DNA of 63,031 nt, counting the filler, from Octopus bimaculoides (lineage: Eukaryota): NCBI RefSeq assembly GCF_001194135.2. It is 5 parts of 5 records of this genome, joined end to end, with 100 filler letters (N's around TTAATTAATTAA, not from the genome) between each part and the next. Parts side by side here need not be neighbours in the genome. Positions count along the whole stretch, not along the records: positions 45,834 to 57,270 come from NC_068981.1; positions 57,371 to 59,559 come from NW_026303157.1; positions 59,660 to 63,031 come from NC_069007.1; 2 more parts are not named here. One strand, given 5' to 3'. Within the stretch, counting starts at the first letter, position 1, and each line of letters opens with the position of its first letter. Under the pieces are notes generated by a model, which was not told the DNA's origin, did not search any database, and saw only the letters and a program-made list of their open reading frames with translations. Made by a program: the position numbers and the translations under genes. This document shows positions 49,266-62,385 of the stretch, piece by piece.

Positions 49266-49477
49266 GTTCAACATTTTTTTTAAAATACAGTAGTGATTGA
49301 TTTGAGAGAGATTTGGCTGCTATTTCTAACAGATCAACGACAGCGTAGAGGCTCTGTCTTTAGTTCGAGCTAACGAAGAAGATATTATGGCAGTTGCTCT
49401 TACTGCCAGAAATAACAGCCAAATAATATTACTGAACACATACTGTCTTAAATATTGTTTTAGTACAATATTCAAGT

Positions 49478-49790
49478 TTTGGCACAAGGCCAGCAATTTC
49501 GGGGGAGGGGCTAACTTCATTAAATCGATCCCAGGAATCAACTGGTACTTATTTTATTGACTCCGAAAGGAAGAAAGGTAAAGTCAACCTCGACGGAATT
49601 TGAACCCAGAACATAAAGACGGACGAAACGCCGCTAAGCATTTTAGCCGACGTGCTAACGATTCTATCAGCTCGCCGCCTTATATATCGTCTTAAATATT
49701 CTTTTCTACTCTAGGCACAAGGCCCGAAATTTTGGGGCAGGGGACCAGTCGATTAGATCCACCCCAGTACGCAACTGGTACTTAATTTAT
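49478..49790 (-). mobile_element. SINE family A copy plus a second partial copy
   Basis: Copies at 49478-49682 and 49695-49790, with different tails. Confidence 0.85.
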
Positions 49791-50499
49791 TTTTTGGATC
49801 AGAGCTAAAGCACAGTCTAAACAATTACAGCAACAACAATACATATTTCGAGAACGTATTTGTACCGGTTCATGTTGGGTACATTTTATGATTCAGTTTT
49901 GTCTACTTAGCATCATTGCACTACGATCGAGAGAACGCTTTCGAATTGCTGATGCCACATTATTTAAAATCACAATTTACATACACAAGCTCTTTTTTTT
50001 TATACTTAACTTAGTTCGTGTAAGTTTCGGAAATATTTATGAACCAGCAGTTCTGGGAAATTTTCTGTCTGTTACACATTGCAGCCATACACAGGAAAAG
50101 ATTTGTTGTTACTCTGCTTAACGTTACAGTAACTGGAACAAGTCGCCAGGTCTAGCCGGAAATTCACTGACAATTAGCAAAGTGGGCGTCAACATGTTTA
50201 GTAAAATATGCGTTAACATATTTAATGTACTGAACCAAGAAATTTTAATTAACTAAAACTAAACTCATGGTAAAAATTAATCATTATCTTAATTAGTGGG
50301 TTAGCACCATAGTATTACTATAATAATAGTTTACTAACAATTAAGAATCTAAGATTCACTCTCGTGCACACTCCCACATACATCCGAATTTTTCATACAA
50401 TTACTAATCCTGGTCAAGAAAGGCAATGGAAGTACCTCACAGAATTTTAATTAATTGGAATTAATTAAGAATAGAATACAGTGAGGAGTGAATCTGATT

Positions 50500-50790
50500 G
50501 TAGTATGGTTGAATGGTAAAGAAGTTCACTTCACAATCGGAAGATCCCGCGTTCGATTCCACTGCTTGAGCAAATATCATTTTCTATAGCTTTGTTTTGA
50601 TTCAAGCCTTGTGGATGAAATATGGTAAGCAGAAGCTATGCAAAAGTCCGTTGGATGAATTGTCACCTATTATGTCACGCTGATCCTGCCTCAGGAATAC
50701 GTTAAGAGCACATGTGTAATGTGGAATATTCAGCCACTTTCACACTTATTCAATGAGAAGATAGTTCAATGGATACGCATCGTACATACC
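50500..50790 (+). mobile_element. Decayed tRNA-derived SINE related to 62640-62990
   Basis: ggttgaatggtaaagaag...gttcgattcc head and tgtcacgctga...tacgttaagagcacatgtg...tcagccact body. Confidence 0.55.
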
Positions 50791-50899
50791 TACGGAGATA
50801 CAATTACTTCCAAGACATGAAACAAATTAAATAGAAAAACTGAAGAGATGTATCTTAGTTTACTATTAACAAACGTAGAAATCACGATTTTTTTTTTTT

Positions 50900-52391
50900 T
50901 TTTTTTAATTTTTTTTTTTAGTCGCTGGCGTTCATCTCGATTTAATCTCGTGACACATCAGCAAATGGAACCTGCAATGAAGCCAACTTATCGTAAGGGA
51001 AAAAGCAAGTTGCATTTTCAAACATTTAAACATAAGAAAAGGGTTTAGAAGCATTTTCAACTAGAAGAGATTGGCTTTTGATAGATAAAGCATCTATATC
51101 TTAGAAGCCACAAGTGCAGACATCCAGGCAGCCAAAAACTTTTTTCTGTGCTCCTAAGAATCGAGTATGGCAACAATTCCCCATCTACACCCAATTAGCA
51201 TTCAATGAAAAGGGTGTTGTTGTTTCCTTCTCCTGAGAAAAACAACGCCACTAGGTTCAAAACTGCTACTTAGTGGTAATGCTAACGGTGACTTCGAAGC
51301 TGATATCAATGGTCTAATATCTTCCAAAAATACTACGTTCATTGAGGAGAATATTAGAAACACATCTGCTTGTGATTTGGAAATCAAAAAGGCTTAAGTA
51401 GCAATAGAAATTCTCACATGCTTGTCCGATAGTGGAAAGGTCCTCAAATAAGTTTCTTAAGAGACATAAAAATTAAATTATCAGCGACCTTTGGGAAAAC
51501 TACCGTATCAGTAAGGTCATAAATAATATCAGTCTGGGAGGATGTAACCGAGAAATCCATACATGAAGTTTGGAAGAAGCTATGACCAGAAGTATGTAGT
51601 GATTTCCTGGAATGTTACAAAGCAATAGCACCAGCAGTCACCAATGATATCTTTGAGTTGGCCCATAAAGAGAGAATGCTACAGGTCAATGCGGAAGATT
51701 TAGAGGAGTTAACGCAGTCGCATAGTAAGAGTTTATCTATTCAAGACTTGCAGCAGTTAGTACAACATTGCATCCAAAATGTGCCGGAAAACCCTACTAA
51801 GAATACTTACTTCTGAATTATCAATCACCAAGCTTACAGAAATAATGAACTGGTTTACTGAAAAATGACACAGAGAGCACAATAGCAAAGCAAAGAGAAG
51901 TATACTGGACAAGATATTCTACTCCTGTGAATTGCTTTGTGATAGAAGTCTCAAAGAAACGCAGACGATTTTAGATGTATTCTTCGGAAAGCAACTCATG
52001 TGCGAGAAAGAGTCACAACCTGGACTCTCTTTCCAGGCATAACCTCTTATTTCTATTTCTCACCGCTGCTTTTTCAACTGAATTAATAGAGAGTATGCTT
52101 GTGTAATCGTAATTAAAATTGATTAATTTAACCTGTTTCGTAATTTTGTGATAACATTATATCTTAATTAAACTTGTTTTCTTATTTTATCATAACATTA
52201 AATCAAGATGTGTAACATTACATTATGTGAGGTTATCTAAAAGTCATTAAGTGTTTGGAGCGTGCGACAGTGCGTCTCTGGATATTTCAATTCATTTGGT
52301 TATGTCTAACATTCCTATTTGTATTCATATCTCTGTTTAAATTAGCCTATCAAGCTCTTATATCTACTTAGGCAGTCTTAAAATGAGACTG
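50900..52391 (+). mobile_element. Decayed pogo/Tigger transposon
   Basis: Relic LLLSGNANGDF.L..M...SSKN.R.L...HL.VIWKS.KKA and WEDVTEKS.H.VWKKL. Ends ...gagaCTG|TA. Confidence 0.7.
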
Positions 52392-53098
52392 TATAATACT
52401 TAGTGGAGAATTTTTTTAGGAAAACATCTAGAGGTATTTTTGTATTCATAATAATGATAAAATAGCCTTTTTGTTCATACATTCAATTAAAACCTTGTTC
52501 TGAAAGACAGCTATTTCGTTAAATTATTTATATTAGTATTGTTTAATGCATTTGCATCAGTGATTCGCTTTCGATTTAATGGTTTCAGGGGACATCACCA
52601 TTCGAATTTTTTTATTTCAATTTTCTGGTTCGTTTTATTTTTATTTTGTCTTTTCAGCACAGTTGTCTGTTGTAATCGCTTACTAATCGATAATATGATT
52701 ACCTGACATAACAAATACGTAGTGAATTATCTGCATTTTCCAAACTATCAGCGCATTAAAAAAAATGATTTAATTTTTCTGATAGTTGTTTTTATTCAAC
52801 TATCTTTTGACGGTTATTCATTTATCTGTGTTAATTTTTCTTTTATAATCCATTATTTTTCTTCTCTTTCTACATTTTTTTCTTTTTTGTCAGTTTTCAG
52901 TTTTTGTTTGGCACATTCATTCGACTATTCATTGCTGCTGATTTCAAAATAATAGCGAGTGATATTCGAATGAGATAGAGAGGAAGTGGAATAGAGAAAT
53001 ATCTTCTACAATTACGTATCTGCAATTTTTCCATTAAAATCTTTAATCTCCTCTAAGGTGATTAAACTCTTAAACATATGGAAAAATAAAGCAATCAA

Positions 53099-53100
<2 letters not shown>

Positions 53101-53197
<97 letters not shown>

Positions 53198-53290
53198 CGA
53201 TTTTTAAGCTTCTGTTATTTGTTACAGAGGCTTTTATACTATCTCAATCGCGTAACTTCTCTCCCATCAACAGCAGCAACAGTAACAGGC

Positions 53291-53373
<83 letters not shown>
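53101..53373. repeat. (AAT)n and (AGT)n microsatellites
   Basis: Located at 53101-53196 and 53291-53373. Confidence 0.95.
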
Positions 53374-53374
<1 letters not shown>

Positions 53375-53691
53375 TATGGTAACTATGGTAACGACGGAGA
53401 GGGAGTAGTAGCTTCCAGGCAATTTTAGATATTCTTCACCCATTGGAAATAATCGTATATTCGCATGACTATAAAATATATTTGAAGCATGTTTATTATA
53501 AGTTATAAGAATTCAACATATTTGGTAGTTAAACACAACAGTTCTGCTCCAATGAATTAGTGATTATTTGTAGCTTTTGCTTACAAAAATCAAAGTAGCA
53601 CATACATGTTATCATTTGGTGTCTGAAAAAGATTTTTATATTATCATTTGGTGTTTGAAGAGGATTTTACACAATAAGTGTTGTTTTACAT

Positions 53692-54053
53692 TTTATATTT
53701 TACTTGTTTCAGTTCTTAGACTGCGGCCATGCTGCGGCACCGCCTTGAAGAAATTTAGTTGAACGAATCGACCCCAATACATTTTTTTTCTTTAATCCTC
53801 GTACTTATTCTATTGGTTTTCTTTTGCCGAACCGCTAGGTTACAAGGACGTAAATACACCAACAGCGGTTGTCAGGCGATGGTAGGAGGACAAACACACG
53901 CGCGTGCGCCCATATATATATATATATGACGGGTTTCTTTAAGTTTNNNNNNNNNNTAGTAGAAGACACTTGCCCAAGGTGCTACGCAGTGGAACTGAAC
54001 CCGGAAGCATGTGATTGGAAGCAAACCTCTTACCACACAGCCATTCCTGTATC
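53692..54053 (-). mobile_element. SINE family B
   Basis: Tail gtttcag...gcggccatgctg through head ttaccacacagccattcc. Confidence 0.85.
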
Positions 54054-54379
54054 TATTATATGCATACTTGCTTTCGTTGTGATTAGAGTATTGAACTCAT
54101 GATCTTAAGGTAGTGGGTCCGATGCCTGGTTTCGGAGGGCGCGTTGTGTCCTAGAAAGTACATTTCTCATTGTTCCAGCCTACTCAGCTGAATGAGGACC
54201 AGCCGAGTTCTTTTGCAGCCGCTCACCCTCCCATCCGTCTCGTCCTGAACGAGGCAGCTTAGTCAAGGATGTGAGGCTTGATCGAGATTAGACGACCACT
54301 TAAAACAATTAGCCAAAGCATGATACATATTATTATGTCATATTCACTTATGAGTGACAGCTAGGGATAATGCACTTTG

Positions 54380-54563
54380 AATCTCGTGTATGTATCTATC
54401 TATTTATCTATCTGTCTATCTGTCTATCTGTTTATCTATTTGTCTGTATATCTTTCTGTTTGTCTATTTATCTGTCCATTTGCCTGTCTATTTTATCTAT
54501 CTATCTATATGTCTATCAATCTCTCTATAAATTTATCTATATACCTGCCAATCTGTTTGTCTT

Positions 54564-54607
<44 letters not shown>

Positions 54608-54830
54608 CATATTTCTCTATTAGTCTATCTATTTATTTATCTATCTGCCTGCCCTGTCTATCAACCCAGATGTCTGTCAATCTGTCTGTCTATATATTTC
54701 TTTATTAGTGTACTTGTCTGTCAATCTATCTATCTATTTATCTATCTAGCTGCTTATCTATTTGTCTATATATTTCTCCGTTGGTCTATCTATCTGTTTG
54801 TCTGTCTGTCTAGTGTTCCATATCTATGAA
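54380..54830. repeat. Degenerate (TATC/TGTC)n array
   Basis: Read directly from the sequence. Confidence 0.9.
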
Positions 54831-55195
54831 TACATAGATAAATAGATTCATTCACACATACTTTGGTATATCTATAACCAGAACGATAAATTGATTCTTC
54901 TAGTACAGCTTAGTAAGTCCCAGAGTTTCAGCCATTTTTATTCAAGCTGAGCGTATTAAATTGTTGTACCTTATATCCGGCATCGAAAACTCTCTTTTTT
55001 TCATTAACAGTAGCACACACAATCATGGGGGCGTACTGCTTTCCACGCATGCGCATACTTTCTTACACATACAAATCGTTACAGAAACACCATAAGTACA
55101 TTCATATATGCATCACATTTTCTCTCTCTCTTTCTTTCTCTCTATATCTCTAACACACACACACACACACACACACATACATACATAAATAAATA

Positions 55196-55235
<40 letters not shown>

Positions 55236-55256
55236 TACACGCACGCGAGCGCCCGA

Positions 55257-55575
55257 AGGTAAGACGAAAAGTTCATAGGCTGACTATGGAAGAGTGATGC
55301 TAGAGCTGTGAAATCTTGCATGCATTAAATTCAACCCTTCTTATTGATAACTGGATTGTTTCTTTCGGAGTAAACTGACGTGTGACTGTTTAAAGAAGAC
55401 TTCAAAGCTAACCAGCTGCGACCGCTCTTGAAAAATGGACAGTAGTTGGCATCATGGTGTTATAAAATACCAGCAGCAAAAGAGTTTAGCCACCAGACAT
55501 TCATGCTACATTAGGTGATGATGCAGCAGTTTAATCAACACTGCAAAAGTGGGAAGTTGAATTTAGGAGGGAAAA
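55257..55575 (+). mobile_element. Mariner element 5' relic
   Basis: TIR-like gaaaagttcataggctga followed by MD..WHHGVIKY.Q.K.L....H..ATLGDDA.....QKW...FRR, a mariner HTH N-terminus. Confidence 0.65.
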
Positions 55576-56030
55576 GGTGTGTCACGCAGTTGAACTGAAC
55601 CCGGAACCATGAGGATAGAAAACAAGCTTCTTACCACACAGCCACGCTGCGCCTATATTCTATCATCTTGTCTCAACAGCCCTCACCGTTTGTTTTTACT
55701 GTCTTGTTCTCATTGTCCTGTTCTTGTTGACATTTTCACCCTCTGCAAAAAATCTCAAATTTTATTTAATTTGCTTTGCGGGAAGGACTGTTTCAACGAA
55801 GTCGCGTATTGTCCTTGGCTTCGAAACGCGGAGTATTTGAAACAGGGACAACTGACGAAGGGGTGTACTCTTTATGTTGCATGTCTCGTTTCTCTGTTTT
55901 TTTCGTTGTTCGAAAAAAAGTTNNNNNNNNNNNNNNNNNNNNNNNNNNNNNNNNNNNNNNNNNNNNNNNNNNNNNNNNNNNNNNNNNNNNNNNNNNNNNN
56001 NNNNNNNNNNNNNNNNNNNNNNNNNNNNNN

Positions 56031-56109
<79 letters not shown>

Positions 56110-56150
56110 CAAACGGACGGAAAGACAGACAGACAGATAAATAGACAGAC

Positions 56151-56220
<70 letters not shown>
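56031..56220. repeat. (GAAA)n-(GACA)n-(GATA)n compound microsatellite
   Basis: Read directly from the sequence. Confidence 0.95.
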
Positions 56221-56221
<1 letters not shown>

Positions 56222-56471
56222 ATGATTTTACGTAAACAATCAGGAAAATGACAATCGAAAGGTTTAGAATCGTTGTAAATATATATTAAATTTATTTAAT
56301 ATACCGTGAAATGTTTTTATCTTAGTGACTTGAAAAGAAGTTGCAATTTTTAATATATAGGAGAAAGAACCAATATCTAGATGGAATCCAGTGCTTATAA
56401 TCATCATAGTAAAAGCAGAGTACTTTCAATTTGATTACATTATAATAATATTTATATTCGAAGAAAGATCA

Positions 56472-56665
56472 TGAGCTGGAGAGTTGGTAGCACAACTGGC
56501 GAAATGCTTAGCGGCATTTCGTCCGTCTTTACTTTCTGAGTTCAAATTCCGCCGAGGTCGACTTTGCTTTTCATCCTTTTCGGGTTGATAAATTAAGCAC
56601 TGGAGTCGATGTAATCGACTTACCCTCTACCCCGAAGTGACTGGTCTTGTGCCAAAATTTGAAAG
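56472..56665 (+). mobile_element. SINE family A
   Basis: gcgaaatgcttagcggcatttcg...gagttcaaattccgccgaggtcgactttgc...cttgtgccaaaatttgaaag. Confidence 0.88.
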
Positions 56666-57000
56666 TAGAAGTAATATTTATATACGAGGTAAACATGTAG
56701 GTTTCTATGTTATTGTTTTTTTTTTATCGTTGGGGTTTTTTTCTGGGAAAAACGCTTTATTCTACATCACTTATATTTACCAAGTTGAATGTAATTATGT
56801 ACCAGATCAAGTGGAATGATACTTGGTGAAAGGTTCATGCTACTATAAAACAAGAAATATTTCTTGGACCCTTTACTGAAACTTTGGAGGAATTTACATT
56901 TGTTTTGGACATTTCTCAATATGTTCACTAAAGGGTATCATTCTGTATTCTGGGAATGCAATCTGCTGTCGATGCAGAGTGCATCTGCGTCTGAGCGATA

Positions 57001-57172
57001 ATCCCGTGGACCCTATGTAGTGAACATATTGAGAAATGCGCAAAACAAATGCTACCACAATTTATAATCTTTCCATTCTATCAATGTGCCATTGGAACAC
57101 CAACACAAATTAGATTAAATAAGGAAACCTTCTTCATTGAAAAATATAAGCCCAAACTTAACCATTGCTAAC
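57001..57172 (+). mobile_element. Penelope-like element, end of GIY-YIG ORF
   Basis: Open frame CSEHIEKCAKQMLPQFIIFPFYQC...QIRLNKETFFIEKYKPKLNHC* ends in the PLE-typical E..FI....P.LN. Confidence 0.7.
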
Positions 57173-57270
57173 ACTTTTAAATAAGGAAATTCACCTCACT
57201 GAGAGAAAAAATATAGAACAAAACCTAACATTCTATCCCTTCTAAACCAAATCATGGTAAATTAATCAAA

Positions 57271-57370
57271 NNNNNNNNNNNNNNNNNNNNNNNNNNNNNN
57301 NNNNNNNNNNNNNNTTAATTAATTAANNNNNNNNNNNNNNNNNNNNNNNNNNNNNNNNNNNNNNNNNNNN
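57271..57370. other. Artificial scaffold-join spacer
   Basis: 44 N, TTAATTAATTAA, 44 N. Confidence 0.95.
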
Positions 57371-57490
57371 CGAAAGGATGAAAGGCAAAGTCGACCTCGG
57401 TGGAATTTGAACTCAGACCGAAAAGACAGACAAAATACATCTAAGCATTTCGACCGGGTTGCGAATGATTCTGCCAGCTCACCGCCTTAG
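57371..57490 (-). mobile_element. SINE family A 5' half, cut by the join
   Basis: cgaaaggatgaaaggcaaagtcgacctcgg...ctgccagctcaccgcctt. Confidence 0.85.
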
Positions 57491-59526
57491 ATAAAGGTTA
57501 TAAATAATAACATATAGCTAATTAATTGAGTTAAAAACACTTCTTAGTAGGGCAACCTTCGACTTTTTTCAAACTAAGCACCTCTTTTCCGGGGTCAATA
57601 AGATACCAATCAAGTGCTGGTATCGATGGCACTGACTATTCCGCGGCCGCGCTTCCCCCACAAAAAAATGTTGCTGGCCTCTTACCTAAATCAGGGACTC
57701 CTATTAGTCTTGTTAATTTTGCAGTCAATCTTGCCCTGAAATAGATACAATAACTTCACTTACAATCTAATGTCGAGTCTACTGAAATCACTTTTGCACC
57801 AATAAATCTGTAACCTCAAGTTTTTGAGAAATTATCACACAGAATTGAGTTCAAATCCCATTTATGCCAACCATGTCTGTTATATAACACAGAACCGGTA
57901 AATAAAGTACCAAACAAATATTGGAGAGGGTTAAATAAACTTATCCTCATCCTCTGAATCTTCGAAGTTGTGCCAAGTTAGAAATACCGCGAGACTCGAA
58001 CGAAGAAACGCACTTATTAGTCTGCAGATTGATAAGAGTGTCTTGCACCAAAATATTAGCTCTTGAGTCACTGAGTCTCAGCTACAATAAAATGATACTC
58101 TCACATACATGCATCATACATAGTGAGAAATACAGATATACCAAATATCATACAAGAAAAACTTCTGATTTATTAAAATTATCTCGCTTTCTATATGATG
58201 TATGTTGATGAACAAATGGTGATTAAGTCCCTATTTACTTGAAAATGATAGATAATCAGGACTCAAAACTTTTGCAGAATAGACAGGCTAAGCTGATTGT
58301 CTCGACTTACGGGGACAGTCGTGGACACGTGTTTTTGGTTCAATAGCCATCACTGTCACAATAAATTCAACCCTATCTCCAGTAGCCAACAGACTTAGAC
58401 ATTTGCAAAGAAGAGTAGAGCGCATTTATGATCAAGGTAATTTGCATGATTTAAACAGAAATAAGCTTAACGAAATCGCTAAGAGTAGCCAATGGAATGC
58501 ATTTAATCAACATAGAAAAATGAAGGTATATCAAGTACCATGCAACATAAGTTCTTGATTTCTTAAGATTAACTTAAATTATATTAAAATCATAGATGTT
58601 CACGGCATGAAAGCTTGTGAACATAGATCTTACTCGAAAAGAGAGGACTTAGGATCAAACGACAAACACAACGGCAACCAGCAATATCTTGAAGAATAAC
58701 TTCATATAAAACGAGATAGATAGATAGATAGAAAGATAGATAGATAGATAGAGCAAAAGAGAGAAAGAAAATCCAGCATAAATGAAATTAACAAAGAAAA
58801 AATGGAAGGACGGAAGGAAAGCAGGAAGGAAAGAACCAACGAAAGAGCGAATGCGGGAAAGAGAAAGACGTGAAGAAAATGAATAAAATAATGAAAGAGA
58901 AAAGAGAAATGTTACAAGAAAGGAAGNNNNNNNNNNNNNNNNNNNNNNNNNNNNNNNNNNNNNNNNNNNNNNNNNNNNNNNNNNNNNNNNNNNNNNNNNG
59001 AAATTAACAAAAAAAAAAATGGAAGGACGGAAGGAAAGCAGGAAGGAAAGAACCAACGAAAGAACGAATGCGGGAAAGAGAAAGACGTAAAGAAAATGAA
59101 TAAAATAATGAAAGAGAACAGAGAAATGTTACAAGAAAGGAAGTGGAGAAAAATCGTGTTTTAAGAGAGAAAAAAAAAAATCTATATTAGTTTCTTGATC
59201 AAATCCAATACTTGAATTATTCGGGATCTCAATCGTCTGCAGTCAGCACCGGAGGACATTTGGGGTGTGGTAACGAGGAAAAAAAATCGAAGAGGGGATG
59301 TTGGGGGTCAATATAATGTTAACATTTATTACTTTCATGATTATATTCCGTTTAATGTATCGTTAAAATAAAGTACAAAAGCTAAAGCTTTCCCACATCA
59401 AACGATTTGCGAACTTTAATCTTTTAACTTGCCTATATCAATCTAAAAGCAATGTCAGAATCTGCTCCTAAAATTCAACAGGTAACATATGCTCCACCAT
59501 ATAATAACTACAAATATATACATACA

Positions 59527-59559
<33 letters not shown>

Positions 59560-59659
59560 NNNNNNNNNNNNNNNNNNNNNNNNNNNNNNNNNNNNNNNNN
59601 NNNTTAATTAATTAANNNNNNNNNNNNNNNNNNNNNNNNNNNNNNNNNNNNNNNNNNNN
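59560..59659. other. Artificial scaffold-join spacer
   Basis: 44 N, TTAATTAATTAA, 44 N. Confidence 0.95.
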
Positions 59660-59701
<42 letters not shown>

Positions 59702-59703
<2 letters not shown>

Positions 59704-59835
59704 GGCGCAGGTACTACATGGTTCTAGGTTCAATCCTACTGCATGGCACCTTGAGCATGTGTTTCCTACAACAGCCTCAAGCCAAGCCAAGCTTTGTGAG
59801 TGGATTTGGTAGACTGAAACTGAAAGAAGCCCATC

Positions 59836-59867
<32 letters not shown>

Positions 59868-59996
59868 TCCCCACCACTGCTTGACTTAGTAGTTTGGCAA
59901 GAGAGACCAATAGAATAAGTAGCAGGCTTTACAAAAACTAGTGACCACTGGGGTCAATTCATTCGACTAGAATTCTTGTAGGTGGCGCCCCAGCAT
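59702..59996 (+). mobile_element. SINE family B, internally deleted
   Basis: ggcgcagg...ggcaccttgagc...gtggatttggtagactgaaactgaaagaagccc...ggtggcgccccagcat. Confidence 0.8.
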
Positions 59997-60209
59997 ACAG
60001 AGTATTATCACACAGACAATACAAATAACCATGATAACAAAATTCATGTACAGAACAGATGGTATAAATGGCTTCTTATGTTTATTCTACACTTTCCAAT
60101 ATGTTGTGTATGTGTGTGCAGGTGCACATGTGCATGTACTCTTGTATTGCCGTCACATGATGGTTGTAAAAGAGAAAGTCCTATAAGTGGTATGAGCACC
60201 GACCTTTGC

Positions 60210-60650
60210 TGGTAGCAGAGAACAACCAGGTGGGACTCATATAGGATGTGCCAATATAAACAGACAAAAGGTTGTGGCTTAACTGACCAGATATCAATCT
60301 CTTATTGAAGGAGTCCAAAGAATGGACCTGCATCAATGTAACTATACCTGCAAATAAGAATATTGTGAAGACAGAGGGTGAGAAAGTAGGGAAGTACCAA
60401 GGCTTATGGATTGAAAGGGAAAAGAATCCATAGAGCCTTGTTGGTGAGTGCGGTGCCTGTTGTGATTGGTCCACTTGAGGCCGTCTCAAGGAGACCAATA
60501 TTCTGGCACCAAAAGCTGCAAATGCCAAACTTCTTAGGAAGTATTCAGATGGCAGCATTCCTTGGAACAGCTCGTGTGTTGAGGGAAGTGTTGAGGATGG
60601 AGCCGGCACGTGGCATAGACATAGATAGATCAGAAGTTAAGTGAATAAAA

Positions 60651-60693
<43 letters not shown>
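60210..60693 (+). mobile_element. R4/Dong-like non-LTR retrotransposon 3' end (restriction-like endonuclease) with (TAA)n tail
   Basis: Frameshifted WDVPI.TDKRL...PDI.LL...K.WTCINVTIPANKNIVKTE.EKV.KY..L...KRIH....AVPVVIGPL...LGSIQMAAFLGTARVLREVL, containing the PD-(D/E)xK-type REL motif. Confidence 0.8.
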
Positions 60694-60695
<2 letters not shown>

Positions 60696-61313
60696 CAGAA
60701 AATAAGAAAACTGAAAAAAGAACAAGTAGATGAATATGAAATGACTTCAGGGGGTTGATAGTAATTGTTGGGAGAGGGGTAAGTGTGGGAGAAATAAAGA
60801 TAAAAACAAAATATGGTAAATCAATAGAAACGGAACCAGACCAAAGAGAATGGATTTATTTCAAGATCATCGTTATTGTTTTGTTTTTTTTCTGTTGTTG
60901 CTGTTTCTGTTATAATGAGGATGAAGGCCACAAAAGATAAATATGTGTATGTATATGCATAAGATAAATATGTGTATGTATAGATGTGTGTGCGCGCGCA
61001 CATGTGTGGGTGTGTGTGTGTTGATCTAGTCAATACTTATCTGAGTGTTCTTGTTCAGTGATCTGATGCTGCCTGTCTATCTCTATATAACATTTCGGTT
61101 CAACCAAACTGAACAGAAGAGTTTAAAGTGGTAATGTAAATTGGACGGGTGGGTGGGGAATGGTGGTGATGAAGTTTGGTGGTAGAGGCTAAATAACTAG
61201 GGCAGGAGGACATTTTATCATTGTAGAATTATGTCTGAGATCTAAATTCTCATACAGTTGATTGGAACCTTGGAGAGTAACATAAGACACTCTTAGCAAC
61301 ACTAAGATATACA

Positions 61314-61756
61314 TTAACCCTTCTGTTACCATATTTCTTTTTTGAGATGCTCTGTGTTTCTTTCAATTAATTTTAAATATAACAAAGAATTTAACAAAAT
61401 AACTTTGTTATCATTAAGCTAGTGTTAAGAATATAAATTGTGACTAAGGTTTGGTGGAAGATTTTAATTCAGAACTTTTGAAAACAAGACATTTGTACTA
61501 CAGAGCCAGAGGTGGTTTCAGCCAGTTTGGTATCAAAATGGTTAAGAATTGTTTCTCTATTATATATTTTAACCATTTTGTTACCATATTTCTTTTGAGA
61601 TGCTCTGTGTTTCTTTCAATTAATTTAGAATATAACAAAGAACTTAGTTATCAATAAGCTAGTCTTAGGAACATAAATTGTGACTAAGGTTTGGTGGAAG
61701 ATTTTAATTCAGAACTTTTGAGGCAGTTTCAAGCGAGTTGGTACCAAAAGGGTTAA
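61314..61756. mobile_element. Two adjacent piggyBac-like MITEs (61314-61545 and 61569-61756)
   Basis: TTAA|CCCTT...ttacc and ggta.caaaa(g/t)gg|TTAA termini. The bodies are near-identical, and the second is internally deleted. Confidence 0.7.
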
Positions 61757-62025
61757 ATGGCTAGAAGTTGAAAGAGATTTGACTGCTATTTCAAGCAGGT
61801 CATGCCGCTGTAAAGAGGCTCCTTTATTGTCATTTGAAGGCTACTTACCATATAGTACAGATGTAATGAATCAAAGCCAAACTGGGTTTTATACAACAAT
61901 AAAAAGTAGCATTCTATGTTGTGTAAATCCTGAAACCACACAAGTTATGGAGTCCAATGTCAAAATTTCAATTGTTATTCATTCAATCAAGGGTAAGAAA
62001 ATTATTATCAAAATTATTATTATCA

Positions 62026-62242
62026 TGAGGTGCAGGTGTGGCTTGTGTAGTAAAAAGTTTGTTNNNNNNNNNNNNNNNNNNNNNNNNNNNNNNNNNNNNN
62101 NNNNNNNNNNNNNNNNNNNNNNNNNNNNNNNNNNNNNNNNNNNNNNNNNNNNNNNNNNNNNNNNNNNNNNNNNNNNNNNCTAGCCTCAGGCCAAGCAAAG
62201 CCTTGTGAGTGGTTTTTGTAAATGGAAACTGAATGAAGTCTC

Positions 62243-62288
<46 letters not shown>

Positions 62289-62385
62289 CTGTGTCCCACC
62301 ACTGCTTGACAGCCAGTGTTGGTTTGTTTGCATCCCCATAACTTAGCGGCAAAAGAGACTGGGAATAAGAACCAGGCTTTAAAAA
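62026..62385 (+). mobile_element. SINE family B spanning a gap
   Basis: gtgcaggtgtggc head, aaagccttgtgagtgg, (TG)n and cataacttagcggcaaaagagac. Confidence 0.8.

Noticed and set aside
58784-59142. Direct repeat of about 143 bp
   Set aside because: The two copies flank an N gap. Most likely these are overlapping contig ends or two haplotypes.
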